In this document: positions 38,378-47,814 of the stretch, piece after piece
Position numbering within the stretch: the stretch's first letter is position 1
Layout of the letters: each line of letters opens with the position of its first letter
Virus record (IMG/VR): IMGVR_UViG_3300031539_000007
Location: 49,044 to 113,043 of that record
Length of the DNA stretch: 64,000 nucleotides
Direction: 5' to 3' (one strand)
Source: a virus
Position numbers and translations under genes: made by a program
Notes under the pieces: generated by a model
The model's database searches: none
What the model was told of the DNA's origin: nothing
The model's input: the letters and a program-made list of their open reading frames with translations, nothing else

Positions 38378-38677
38378 ATGGACGAGAAACAACTTCTAAA
38401 TAATATCTTGTTGGCTCAGAAGAGAGCCGCTGAATTTATCGGAAAGCAAACGAAGCTTATCGCTCTGTTGGTAGGATTCGCGCCGACTCAAGTTGTAGAG
38501 TTCCCGGAACTCGATGTAATGCACGTGTACTCCACGCCGTTCGGTGCGAAGGTAGGTACTCCGAACGAATACACACTGAGAATCGGAGAGACATCAGCCA
38601 CGTGGGTCGGTGGGCAGCACCCGTGGGGGGGCAAGCTCAGAGACATCACCGTTGACTTACAAGGAGATACAAAATGA
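38378..38677 (+). CDS. Hypothetical protein
   Basis: Motif 1 + RBS. Confidence 0.65.
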   Translation: MDEKQLLNNILLAQKRAAEFIGKQTKLIALLVGFAPTQVVEFPELDVMHVYSTPFGAKVGTPNEYTLRIGETSATWVGGQHPWGGKLRDITVDLQGDTK

Positions 38678-38991
38678 TTCACGAGCAATACACAAAACTC
38701 AAAGACGAGAATCCCAACGCCTTGTTGCTTATGAAGCTTGGCGACTTCTACGAGGCGTTCGACAAAGACGCCGACCAACTCGCGGAGGCGTGTGACCTGA
38801 CAGTCACAACAAGACGCAATAGCCCTAACAAGGAGTGGCGGATGGCAGGCTTCCCGTACCACTGGCTTGAGGGAAACATCAGGAAACTCTTGGATGCAGG
38901 GTACACGGTGGCAATTGCCGAGCAGCGGCCCAGCGACGGCGGGCGTATCGAAAGATACGTTGAACGGGTTATCAGAAAGAAAGGAGACTAA
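38674..38991 (+). CDS. Stand-alone MutS domain I (mismatch-recognition domain) protein
   Basis: QY..LK..P.ALLL...GDFYEAF..DA..A....L..T, MAGFPYH..., KLL.AGY.VAIAEQ. Confidence 0.88.
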   Translation: MIHEQYTKLKDENPNALLLMKLGDFYEAFDKDADQLAEACDLTVTTRRNSPNKEWRMAGFPYHWLEGNIRKLLDAGYTVAIAEQRPSDGGRIERYVERVIRKKGD

Positions 38992-39093
38992 CAATGGCAA
39001 ATTGGATCGTATTGATATTTGTAGTGGCTTGCGTGATCGTCATCGCGCTATGCCTTGAGTAACAGCGTGACTAACCATATAGGAGAAAACGAA

Positions 39094-39570
39094 ATGAAAC
39101 AGCTAGACTACGCATTGAACGCAACGTACTTGGACGCCGTTGAAGGGGAGCGCGAGCAACAGCTCGATTGGATTGAAGAGGCCATCCAGATTCAACGCAA
39201 CCGCATTATGGTTAAGCGGCTGCGCGCCGCCGGGGTTGAGTGCTATAGCGAGACACACCACGGCGATATTCACCTCTGCTGGAACTACATCTACGTTACT
39301 ATCCCTGGGCAGCGCATACCGGCGACCATCGCCGAATGCAAGCGCTTGCTTGACACCATCCGCAATCTTCCGGTAGACATCGCGCTCGAACGGTGGGCTA
39401 CAAAAGTAGAGCCTGTCGAAGCCGAGGAGTACACCGAAGATATGGCTCGCCGTGATACCCGCGAAGCAAGGGCACAGTTGCGGCGCGATGTGGCCGCTGG
39501 CGATATTTCAGCAGATGCGTATGCGGATTTGTACCGCACGACATCGTTCATGGATTTGGCGCAGGTATGA
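39094..39570 (+). CDS. Hypothetical protein
   Basis: AGGAG RBS. Confidence 0.6.
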   Translation: MKQLDYALNATYLDAVEGEREQQLDWIEEAIQIQRNRIMVKRLRAAGVECYSETHHGDIHLCWNYIYVTIPGQRIPATIAECKRLLDTIRNLPVDIALERWATKVEPVEAEEYTEDMARRDTREARAQLRRDVAAGDISADAYADLYRTTSFMDLAQV

Positions 39571-39680
39571 CATTCGACATCCACTACCAGGATGAATGTA
39601 ACTATCTTGGCAGTGGATGTGTGCTAGAGTAAGAATTGTGGGGCTGGACAAGCCAGGCCCACCACAATCAGGAGGATGCT

Positions 39681-39902
39681 ATGAGAAACATTGACGTTTG
39701 GGGAAAAATGACACGGCAAGAGCGAGTGGCTTACGCGGAAAATCAGGCAACGCAGTTCGGTGGCAATGCACGCTCAGACCGCCACGTAAAAGCGTGGTTG
39801 GCTGAGGTCAGAGACAATCCCCACAATATGAATATGGATCGATTCGAGGCTGCGGTTGCCCAGGGCCTCGAAATTCGCGCAGAGATTGCAGACCAGATTT
39901 AA
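39681..39902 (+). CDS. Hypothetical protein
   Basis: AGGAGG RBS after hairpin repeat. Confidence 0.6.
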   Translation: MRNIDVWGKMTRQERVAYAENQATQFGGNARSDRHVKAWLAEVRDNPHNMNMDRFEAAVAQGLEIRAEIADQI

Positions 39903-40413
39903 CAAACTCATAGGGGGGCTGGACAAGCCAGCCCCCATCACCACAAAACGGAGGATATAATGGCAACGTGGGATATTTACGAGGTTACGCTTCTGCGCGT
40001 ACAAGATGGAGACGTGATTGTCGGTGAGGCCGACAGTCCTACAGGGTGGGTGGCCCGCGTCAGCCAAGACGACCTTGTGTTGACCGAGGATGAACGCGCG
40101 TGGCTTGAACGCGAAACGCTATAACCCTTCCCCTGCTCATCACCCGTTCCGGTGGTGGGCAGCGTAGGGGCGCAAGCCACAAACTAACAGTATAGGGAGG
40201 ATTGACGATGAACGAACAGGAGAAAAACGCATCGCGGGAGCGGTATCTGAAAGTTTTGAGAGATATGAACGAGGCTGTTGAGGCTGTGAAGAGTGGGAAG
40301 ATGACACTGGAACAGGCTCTTGAACAGGAGAAGGCGACCCGCAATAACGGAAAGGCATAACTCTTCCCCTGCTCATCACGACAGGGGATAATCTAAAACG
40401 AAAGGAGAAAACA

Positions 40414-40656
40414 ATGGACGCGAAAAATATGCGCAAGGCAGCTAACGACGAACGATACCGCTCGCTCATCGACCTAATCTTCGACCGAGCACTGGATGGG
40501 TTTGATAACGTTTCAGTGGCCCCGATGTGGGTTGCGGGCATCAAGACGCGGCTGCGCAAGGCAGGGTACACGCTATTGAAGTGGAGCGGCAGGCTCGACG
40601 ATTGGGAAGGCAACTGGGTAATGATTTCCTGGGAAGGGAAGGAGAACTCGAAATGA
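40414..40656 (+). CDS. Hypothetical protein
   Basis: AAGGAG RBS. Confidence 0.6.
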   Translation: MDAKNMRKAANDERYRSLIDLIFDRALDGFDNVSVAPMWVAGIKTRLRKAGYTLLKWSGRLDDWEGNWVMISWEGKENSK

Positions 40657-40828
40657 GGGGGAAGAAGTGTAGGTTCTGTGAATCAACCGATGGCCTTTAT
40701 GAGATTCCAGAGGAGGGATATGTCTTAGGGCATGTCTGCGCAAGGTGCTGGCACGCAATCACACACATCATACAGATGTTCCTAGACGCAAAAGACCGCC
40801 TTGCGGCAGACGACTACGACTATTAAAC

Positions 40829-40848
40829 CCTACTCATCTTTGAGTAGG
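40829..40848. repeat. Motif 2 copy
   Basis: CCTACTCA-TCTT-TGAGTAGG upstream of FtsK. Confidence 0.85.
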
Positions 40849-40859
40849 AAAGGAACACA

Positions 40860-42164
40860 ATGAAACCAGACAAAACAGACAAGATTGTTGTCGGGATTGA
40901 AACCGCACTAAAAGAACAGAAGATTCCATGCGCGGTCGTTGACGTGAAAGACGCACCACAACTTACACGTTACGAGATTGTCCCTGGATACAAAATGCTG
41001 TCACCGAACAGCAGGACGCCGCGCCAGCGCGTGCCGATTCGCGCAATTGCCAGCGCGATTCCTAACATCATGGCACAGCTACGTAGGGAAAAGATGTCGT
41101 TGTACCAAAACGGCTCAGTATACATCATCGTCCCGAAAGAGAAACGAGACCTGGTAACACTGAGGGACGTGCGCACGCTGCCTGGGTCGCTGGTGGCAAA
41201 GTTCGGCATCGACATCGACGGGAACAGTTTGGCGGGCGACATAGCAGCGATGCCACACCTGATGATTTCCGGTTCGACCGGCTCTGGTAAAAGCGTGTTT
41301 ATCTCCAGCTTGGTGACATCGCTGATCGAGCGCTACAGCGAGAGGCAATTGGGGTTTGTGATGATTGACCCCAAGAGAGTTGAGTTGCAGGCGTACAAGC
41401 GAATCAAGCATCTTCTGCTACCTGTAGTGACAGATATTGAAAACGAGGCGGGTGTGGCTATCGACTTTGTGATAGCGGAGATGATGAGCCGTTATCGGAA
41501 GATGGAAAAGGCAGAGGTAAATCTGGCGAGCCAAATCGGAATCCCGTATCTCATCTTACTCATAGACGAGTTCGCCGATATGGTAATGCGGGACGAAACG
41601 CTCCCCGCGAAGATTGCCAGCATAGCGCAAATGGGCAGGGCCGCTGGTATTCACATGATATTTGCTACACAGCGCCCCGACGCCAGGGTGGTTGACGGGA
41701 TTATCAAGGTCAACTTTCCTGCACGAGTGGCGTTTGCACTTCCAGATGGCGTGAATAGCCGTATCGCCATTGGGAAACTTGGTGCAGAGAACCTGCTAAT
41801 GCGAGGGGACGGGTTGTACGTATCTGGCGGCGGTGACACAATCCGCTTTCAAGGATGCTTTGTATCAAAGGATGAAATCAAGGCTATTGTACAGGCCAAC
41901 CTACGAGAAGGCCCGCTTCCAGGATTGTCGCCAGCGTCATCCACGCAATCACATGCATCCTCGCGGCCACGCCGAGACTACAGCCAGCATCATTGGACTG
42001 TGCAAATTGCCCTATTTGTGCTCAGGGCAATTTGGTTTATAATTAAGAATGTAGCGATAGGCATTGCGTTTGCCCTGGGCATAGTGATAGGCATAGTGGC
42101 CGGGGTGATAATGTGGGTTTTCGGTATCGACCCGCAACCCAAGAAACGGAAAAGGAGAAAGTAG
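40860..42164 (+). CDS. FtsK/SpoIIIE-family DNA translocase-like ATPase with C-terminal TM
   Basis: APQLTRYE alpha domain; PHLMISGSTGSGKS, IDPKRVEL, IDEFAD, GRAAGIHMIFATQRP, GAENLL.RGD. Confidence 0.9.
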   Translation: MKPDKTDKIVVGIETALKEQKIPCAVVDVKDAPQLTRYEIVPGYKMLSPNSRTPRQRVPIRAIASAIPNIMAQLRREKMSLYQNGSVYIIVPKEKRDLVTLRDVRTLPGSLVAKFGIDIDGNSLAGDIAAMPHLMISGSTGSGKSVFISSLVTSLIERYSERQLGFVMIDPKRVELQAYKRIKHLLLPVVTDIENEAGVAIDFVIAEMMSRYRKMEKAEVNLASQIGIPYLILLIDEFADMVMRDETLPAKIASIAQMGRAAGIHMIFATQRPDARVVDGIIKVNFPARVAFALPDGVNSRIAIGKLGAENLLMRGDGLYVSGGGDTIRFQGCFVSKDEIKAIVQANLREGPLPGLSPASSTQSHASSRPRRDYSQHHWTVQIALFVLRAIWFIIKNVAIGIAFALGIVIGIVAGVIMWVFGIDPQPKKRKRRK

Positions 42165-42377
42165 AATGCTAACCATTTACCTGAATGAAAGAATCACAAT
42201 CTGTGCAATTCTGTGGGAGTTGTGCGAGGCGCTTGGGTACGACGAAAATGTCCGCAACCTTGCCGAGAAAGCGATTGCGAAGTACGGCAAGACCAACCGC
42301 CTGGCGGTGATGGCAAACGGCAACACAGAATTACCAGATGAAGTTCTGTGGCTGCTTGAGCACACGGAGGATGACAA

Positions 42378-42794
42378 ATGACCACTATGCAACTCCAATC
42401 AAGCAACAGTGGTTTGGGCGTCCTGGCAATAACGGCGCTAATTGTGTTGGCGATAGTAGCTATGTTTGTATCACGCGCAGGGGAGGTTGAGCAGAGCGAT
42501 GGCATTGCCGTAGAGTATGGTGCCCACGCCGAGAGTCATGGTGTGGAAGCTAACTTGGCGCGCCGCTGCTTCGGCGAGAACGGCACAGTGGCTAAGTTCA
42601 AACAAGAAGGGCGATTCGCACGGCTATGCCAGTTCGGTGACGGCTGGGTTGCACTGCAAATCCTAGTCGAAGCCGGTGGGGTTATGCAGGAAGTCAGTTC
42701 GTACATTCCGCACCTTACAGACAGCACCTTACAAGGAGTCAAGGACTGGATGCTCAGGTGCGGATGGGTCGCCTATAACGGGGTGATCCCGTGA
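42378..42794 (+). CDS. Membrane-anchored hypothetical protein
   Basis: N-terminal TM; GGAGG RBS. Confidence 0.6.
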   Translation: MTTMQLQSSNSGLGVLAITALIVLAIVAMFVSRAGEVEQSDGIAVEYGAHAESHGVEANLARRCFGENGTVAKFKQEGRFARLCQFGDGWVALQILVEAGGVMQEVSSYIPHLTDSTLQGVKDWMLRCGWVAYNGVIP

Positions 42795-42984
42795 AACTCT
42801 GTGATTGCACCGAGCCTGGCAAGTACTGGATGCAGCGACCGCACTGGGACGGCAAGCTGCCAGTAAGCATCGAAGACCGTGACGGAATCTTGTACATTGT
42901 AATGAGCGGCGCGAAACCACAGCCGCTAGACCTAGTAAAATACGCCCTGACGGGGGCGGCCCTAGAAGAAAGGATGGTGTTGTA

Positions 42985-43365
42985 ATGATTATGTGGCTTG
43001 ACAGAGACTCAGGAACAGGATATGGTGTGTGCAGTGTTGGCAATATGCTCGCGCAGAGCATGATGACGCCGCGCGAGTACAACAAGGACACTGGGCGGTA
43101 CGACGACGACTGGCCCTCAACCGTCGCGGTTAAGGGGCCGCAGGATAAATACACCCAAGAGGAGCTGGATGCTCTTAATGCGTTCGGAGCAGAGATGACG
43201 GCACGCTATGACGAGGTGTTCCGCTATCGTATGGGGTGTAACCTAATCATCATCGACAAGTACGGTGAAGATAGTTGGATGCGCAAGCGGCAATCGTGGG
43301 ATTATGGCTCGATGTTCTCGCCTACGCTGCGAGAAGCACTCGACACATTCAGAAAAGGAGTATAA
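42985..43365 (+). CDS. Hypothetical protein
   Basis: Coupled ORF. Confidence 0.6.
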   Translation: MIMWLDRDSGTGYGVCSVGNMLAQSMMTPREYNKDTGRYDDDWPSTVAVKGPQDKYTQEELDALNAFGAEMTARYDEVFRYRMGCNLIIIDKYGEDSWMRKRQSWDYGSMFSPTLREALDTFRKGV

Positions 43366-43547
43366 TGGACACCTTCACTTTCAGTACGCTATTTGCAGCG
43401 CTCTTGTACCTTGCGGGAGTGGTGATTCTGTCAGATGCGGAAACCACAGCCGCAGAAATCCTCTTCGGGGTTATCCCGCTCTTCATTGCACTCGCGTGTT
43501 TCTTCGCAATGTTGCTGGTGAGCGGCGTCGTAGGAGGAGTATAGGAA

Positions 43548-43916
43548 ATGAAATATAGGGTTATCACTGAGGCAGACTTACTTGCGGGCCGTCCACCAGA
43601 CCCGCCATACACACAAGAGATGCGCGATGCAGTAGAGCTGTTCAAGACCGCGCTGCAACCACGAGCAATCGGGGCGCCCGTCGAAGAGTCAAGATGCAAC
43701 TGTGGCGCAATTCATCTCCGCGCCGGGCACGTAACGGAAGTGCTCCCGCCTACAGGGAAGTACGGCGCTTACCAGCTCGCAGAATGGTATTTGTGGGCAT
43801 TCAAAGTAGAGACCGAGTGTGGACAAGTGTACTCTGTGTGCTCGTCAATCATCTTCGACACAGACGAATTCATTGCCTGGCACGCACAATACTTCAAGCC
43901 AGAATGGAGCGAGTGA
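43548..43916 (+). CDS. Hypothetical protein
   Basis: AGGAG RBS. Confidence 0.55.
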   Translation: MKYRVITEADLLAGRPPDPPYTQEMRDAVELFKTALQPRAIGAPVEESRCNCGAIHLRAGHVTEVLPPTGKYGAYQLAEWYLWAFKVETECGQVYSVCSSIIFDTDEFIAWHAQYFKPEWSE

Positions 43917-43920
43917 TGCT

Positions 43921-44265
43921 ATGAACTACTTGCATAGCATCGACATAGCCGAGATTGTGGAGGCGTACCTTGACAGCGAGGGGGCGGGGGAACGCTTCGT
44001 AACGTTCGCAGACCTACTCACACATGAGTTGAACGGGTTGCTTGTGTCTGTCTCTACTCGTCAAGTGAACAAGCGCGACATCGCAGACGACTGCGAGGAA
44101 CTGAAGGGAATCCTCGCAGAGCTAAGGATGTTCTCGCCGAAGATGACCGATAACGACGTGCTAGACATCCTGGCGATGTTGCGGGACTGGGGCAATACGT
44201 ATATGGGTAACAACACAAGGCTATGCAATGTCTTGGGCGCTAATCTAAAAGGAGAGACAAAATGA
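43921..44265 (+). CDS. Hypothetical protein
   Basis: Co-oriented, acidic. Confidence 0.55.
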   Translation: MNYLHSIDIAEIVEAYLDSEGAGERFVTFADLLTHELNGLLVSVSTRQVNKRDIADDCEELKGILAELRMFSPKMTDNDVLDILAMLRDWGNTYMGNNTRLCNVLGANLKGETK

Positions 44266-44747
44266 ATAGGCGTGAATTGAAGAAAGCATTGATGGAAGGC
44301 CAGTACACTGGTAAAGTGAATGTCACGGTGCTGCAACAGGCTCCGTACACCTGTGCCACCGTCTCGTTTGTAGGAGAAGACGGCAATGAGTACGACGGTA
44401 TCGGATTCTCGAAGTGCAAACCAGGCGATGTCTTCAGCGAATCCGCAGGCATTGGCCGCGCAAAGTCGCATGCGTTTAATATGGCGATGGCGAAGATGCC
44501 ACAGCCCGCCAATAGCGAAGCCGACATAAATATGTGGCACAGCACACCCCCGCCCGCCGAGAGCGAAGAGCCGAGGATTGGCAAGGAGACGCGGCTGGTT
44601 GATAAAAAGTCTGGTGAGTTCACAGCCGTGTGGGAAGTATACGAACTGTACGGGGTGTCTGGGCCGGTGTACTTCAGAATGAAAAACGGGATGTGCCTCA
44701 CGAGAAGCGGGCTGCTTGAGAAATACGACGTAGTTGTGCCCGCTTGA
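44262..44747 (+). CDS. Hypothetical protein (G.S.C.P.D.F....G...A motif)
   Basis: AAGGAG RBS. Confidence 0.6.
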   Translation: MNRRELKKALMEGQYTGKVNVTVLQQAPYTCATVSFVGEDGNEYDGIGFSKCKPGDVFSESAGIGRAKSHAFNMAMAKMPQPANSEADINMWHSTPPPAESEEPRIGKETRLVDKKSGEFTAVWEVYELYGVSGPVYFRMKNGMCLTRSGLLEKYDVVVPA

Positions 44748-44771
44748 CACCCGGCGTAATCGTGGTAATAT
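44744..44771 (+). promoter_or_regulatory. Sigma70-type promoter
   Basis: TTGACA-16nt-TAATAT with TG extension. Confidence 0.6.
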
Positions 44772-44775
44772 TGGT

Positions 44776-44858
44776 TTGCCAGTAGACGCTGGCAACCTCC
44801 TTTCTGAGTGCGGTGGTGGCTAGGAATGTGTCTGTCAGGGCACTAGCCACCACCGCAC
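44776..44858 (+). ncRNA. Candidate two-hairpin small RNA/leader with exposed anti-SD linker
   Basis: 7-bp hairpin, CCTCCTTTCTGA linker, 16-bp perfect hairpin. Confidence 0.45.
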
Positions 44859-44888
44859 AAAACATTATGGTATAACCAAAGGAGAACA

Positions 44889-45065
44889 ATGAGAAACTTC
44901 GAGAATTTCGACACTAAGTTTGAGAAAGCGCAAACTCGTATTGAGAAAGCGCGGGTGTTAGCTGGTATTGTTTCGCTCATAGTCACTGTGTTGAGCGTCG
45001 TCACAGTCGCCTTCTTCTGTTGGGTAATCGTCATGGTGATGCGCCACTTCGGGATAATTATCTAG
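44889..45065 (+). CDS. Small single-TM protein
   Basis: AAGGAG RBS, 58 aa, long hydrophobic C-half. Confidence 0.55.
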   Translation: MRNFENFDTKFEKAQTRIEKARVLAGIVSLIVTVLSVVTVAFFCWVIVMVMRHFGIII

Positions 45066-45072
45066 GGTTATC

Positions 45073-45146
45073 GCTGGCGATGCTCAACAGGCAGAGCGCC
45101 CGTTTTGTAAGCGGGGATAGAGGGGGTTCGAGTCCTCCCGCCAGCT
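45073..45146 (+). tRNA. tRNA-Thr (UGU)
   Basis: GCTGGCG/CGCCAGC acceptor, GCTC/GAGC D-stem, loop TTTGTAA, GTTCGAGTC T-arm; A at position 8, no encoded CCA. Confidence 0.85.
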
Positions 45147-45180
45147 TGCGAGGTTTTTGTTTAACAGAAAGGAGATACCG

Positions 45181-45579
45181 ATGGAAGACCGAGTACATAA
45201 GCTAGAGTTATACCCCGATGAGACCGAAGAGCGCTGCGACCAATACGATGACGACGAGCAAGAGTGGTACGATAGCCTAGAACCACTCGACCCATTCGGC
45301 GATGACGACGACGACTACTACTACGTGTACTACGACTACACGCCAGCGCGCTTCTGGGAATGCGAGCTGTGCGATGGCGGGCGCTTCGCCTGCGAGATTC
45401 CCTGTGAGTTGTGCGAAGATACAGGGCTGCGCTGGCGGTGGGCGCGCCAGTTCGCGGCTGTGTACTACTGGCTGCGGGCATACTGGCAGCGCATCTTCGC
45501 GCACTGTCCGTCGTGTATGAAACTAGAGTTCGTGGCTGGCAAGAGGGTAGGCAAACACGACGATTGCTGCCCATTCTAG
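45181..45579 (+). CDS. Acidic, Cys-rich hypothetical protein
   Basis: AGAAAGGAG RBS; CELCDG..CELC. Confidence 0.6.
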   Translation: MEDRVHKLELYPDETEERCDQYDDDEQEWYDSLEPLDPFGDDDDDYYYVYYDYTPARFWECELCDGGRFACEIPCELCEDTGLRWRWARQFAAVYYWLRAYWQRIFAHCPSCMKLEFVAGKRVGKHDDCCPF

Positions 45580-45830
45580 GGAACTGTGACGCTTGGCGCG
45601 AATTTGTGTGTCAAGTGTCACTCGCTTTCTGGGATGGATGTGTTAGACTAAATAGAAAAGAAAGGAGCTTGGAATGAAGACTGCAAAAGAACTATTTAGG
45701 TATATCGTTCCTCTCATGTGTGTCATCGGCGCTGTGCTAATGGCGTTCAACGGCATCGAGAATTGGGGCTTATTGTTGCTCATTGCGCTGCTGCTGCTAA
45801 CGCATCAGTTCATGTAGAAAGGAGCTTGGA

Positions 45831-46091
45831 ATGAGTACAGATATTCATATCCGCTTGGCTGCAATTACCGCAATCTCGCTTGAATCAATGAGCGACATCG
45901 TGTTGGCCGTTGCGAGTAACGCCGTGCAAGGGTTCGGCAAACTTAGTACAGAAAACATGGCCTTCTCTCATCTGCGCGAGCTTGGCTTAATCAGAGAGGA
46001 CGGTGTTCCGATGGATAAAGAGTCACTGATTGCAGCCCTGTCAGCGGTGATTAACGGCAGAGTGGAAGCCGGTACTTGGGGCAAGGAGTAG
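45831..46091 (+). CDS. Hypothetical protein
   Basis: AGAAAGGAG RBS. Confidence 0.55.
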   Translation: MSTDIHIRLAAITAISLESMSDIVLAVASNAVQGFGKLSTENMAFSHLRELGLIREDGVPMDKESLIAALSAVINGRVEAGTWGKE

Positions 46092-46279
46092 TATGACTAG
46101 GAATCAAAAGGCTGGCACCGCGCTTGGTATTATCACAGTATGGTTTATGGCGAGAGTCGCACTCCAGCTAGTCATAGAGCACACTGGTGGAGCGTATGCG
46201 CTAGTCCCGAAGATAGTGTTCCTCTGCTGTCTTGTGCTATCTCTCGTCTTAATCGCCGACTAATACAGAAAGGAGAACA

Positions 46280-46492
46280 ATGTACACTAACGCTATGCAA
46301 CCCGATGAAGACTGCTGTGGCGTCTGGCCGCTCATCGCGTCATCTTTTGAGTGGACGACCCCGCGACTATACCCGCATCTTCTCACGACACCACATATCG
46401 TAGGGGATGATGATATTAAATACTTCGTCAACTTCTGCCCCGCTTGTGGGAAACCAGCACGCAATCGCATAATGCGCAGTGCAGTCTGGTAG
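46280..46492 (+). CDS. Small Zn-binding protein (NFCP.CG)
   Basis: AGAAAGGAG RBS. Confidence 0.55.
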   Translation: MYTNAMQPDEDCCGVWPLIASSFEWTTPRLYPHLLTTPHIVGDDDIKYFVNFCPACGKPARNRIMRSAVW

Positions 46493-46731
46493 GGATGCCA
46501 GTAAGGAGCTAGTAATGCACTGGGAACCGGTGTCGAGGCTGGACGAGATTCTTGAAGAGGGACAGGAAGCACTGTTCCGACTCGCCGACGGAGACTTCTG
46601 TAGATTCTACTGTAAGTGCTATCGTAGTCACGGTGTTCTGTACGACGAGCGCGGCGAGTACGAACTGGAGCACGAAGGTGGGTGGAAGGCAACGCACTTT
46701 ATGGTTATCGACGAGCCAGAAGGAGATACTA

Positions 46732-47031
46732 ATGGATAGCGAATCGTATAGCGATATGAAGAAATTCACCAGGGTAGAATACTTCGCTATTGAATCGGAT
46801 GACCTTGACGAAATCATTAAAGAGAACTTCGATGTGCGTAGAGATTGGACTATCATTGCCATAGAAGAACTTAGTAATGACTCAACGAAAGAGTTCTATG
46901 TTACACCAGAAAAGCTGAACCTTAAATGGCACAACCTTGACGATATGTACATAACCGCGAATCTCTTGGACGACTTGTGCTATCGAGAGCTGATTGTGCC
47001 AGGGTACTACTTAGTAAACGTCTGTTGGTGA
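46732..47031 (+). CDS. Acidic hypothetical protein
   Basis: AAGGAG RBS; LL.DLC...I..G.Y.V.V.W. Confidence 0.6.
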   Translation: MDSESYSDMKKFTRVEYFAIESDDLDEIIKENFDVRRDWTIIAIEELSNDSTKEFYVTPEKLNLKWHNLDDMYITANLLDDLCYRELIVPGYYLVNVCW

Positions 47032-47058
47032 GTGTGTCCACTGGATTGCTATTAAGGT

Positions 47059-47086
47059 TTGACAACCTACAGGAATGGTATACAAT
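47059..47086 (+). promoter_or_regulatory. Sigma70-type promoter
   Basis: TTGACA-16nt-TACAAT. Confidence 0.6.
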
Positions 47087-47102
47087 AGAAAGGAGTTGAC
47101 AG

Positions 47103-47294
47103 ATGAAACAGTTTCACATTAACCTACCAGATGAATTGTACGAAAAGATTGTGCGGATGGCAGAGGAAAAGGAAGTCACGATGAGCGATGTTGTCCGCGA
47201 GGGATTGACGGTGTACTTCGACAATAGCGGTAGGGGCTACGCTGATGTCGTCAAAGAAATTGCGTCACTGCTAACGGCAAGTCGCTCTCAGTAA
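47103..47294 (+). CDS. Ribbon-helix-helix (CopG/Arc-like) DNA-binding protein
   Basis: FHINLPDELYEKI..MA.....TMSDVVRE.L. Confidence 0.8.
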   Translation: MKQFHINLPDELYEKIVRMAEEKEVTMSDVVREGLTVYFDNSGRGYADVVKEIASLLTASRSQ

Positions 47295-47301
47295 TACACA
47301 A

Positions 47302-47373
47302 GCGGGCATAGTTTAACTGGAAGAACGGCTGTCTCCAAAACAGCTAGTGGGAGTTCAAATCTCTCTGCTCGTG
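47302..47373 (+). tRNA. tRNA-Trp (CCA)
   Basis: GCGGGCA/TGCTCGT acceptor, GCTGT-CTCCAAA-ACAGC anticodon arm, GTTCAAATC T-arm. Confidence 0.85.
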
Positions 47374-47394
47374 CTACCGATCTTACCAATCGGC

Positions 47395-47633
47395 ATACAA
47401 GAATCTCTTAGTAAACCAAGCCGCTTGCTCGCTGGTAGTCCGAGCAGGCTAACATACGAACTCAAAGGTAGGCTACCGTCTGGCAAACTCTGTGGTGAGA
47501 CCCTTCCGCCAGCAAGTTAAACGGACGTATTAGGCGAGGTGAGTGAAGCGGAGACCAGCACCGTTTGAGCCTAGTACGGGACGCTTGCAGGGGAACGACT
47601 GTTTTGAGGCAGTCGTCTAGGGGATTCTTGTAT
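47395..47633 (+). ncRNA. Candidate ~240-nt multibranch structured RNA
   Basis: 17-bp closing stem ATACAAGAATCTCTTAG/CTAGGGGATTCTTGTAT plus at least 4 internal hairpins. Confidence 0.5.
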
Positions 47634-47814
47634 CTCGTACACAATACCTTTACGAGAAATGTCAGATGTTGTCTACTAGATGATACCTTGAATGTAATAT
47701 ATCTTCTAGTAGAGAATAATCTAGGTAGACGAGAGAAATCTTTAATCCTAACATCTGAGCGAAGCGAAGATACCGAACGTAGTGAGGTTCTTAATCCAGG
47801 AGGTATGCCACACA

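Noticed and set aside
47395-47800. Group I intron with homing endonuclease
   Set aside because: I could not identify P7 core motifs or an interrupted host gene; tRNA-Trp is complete.
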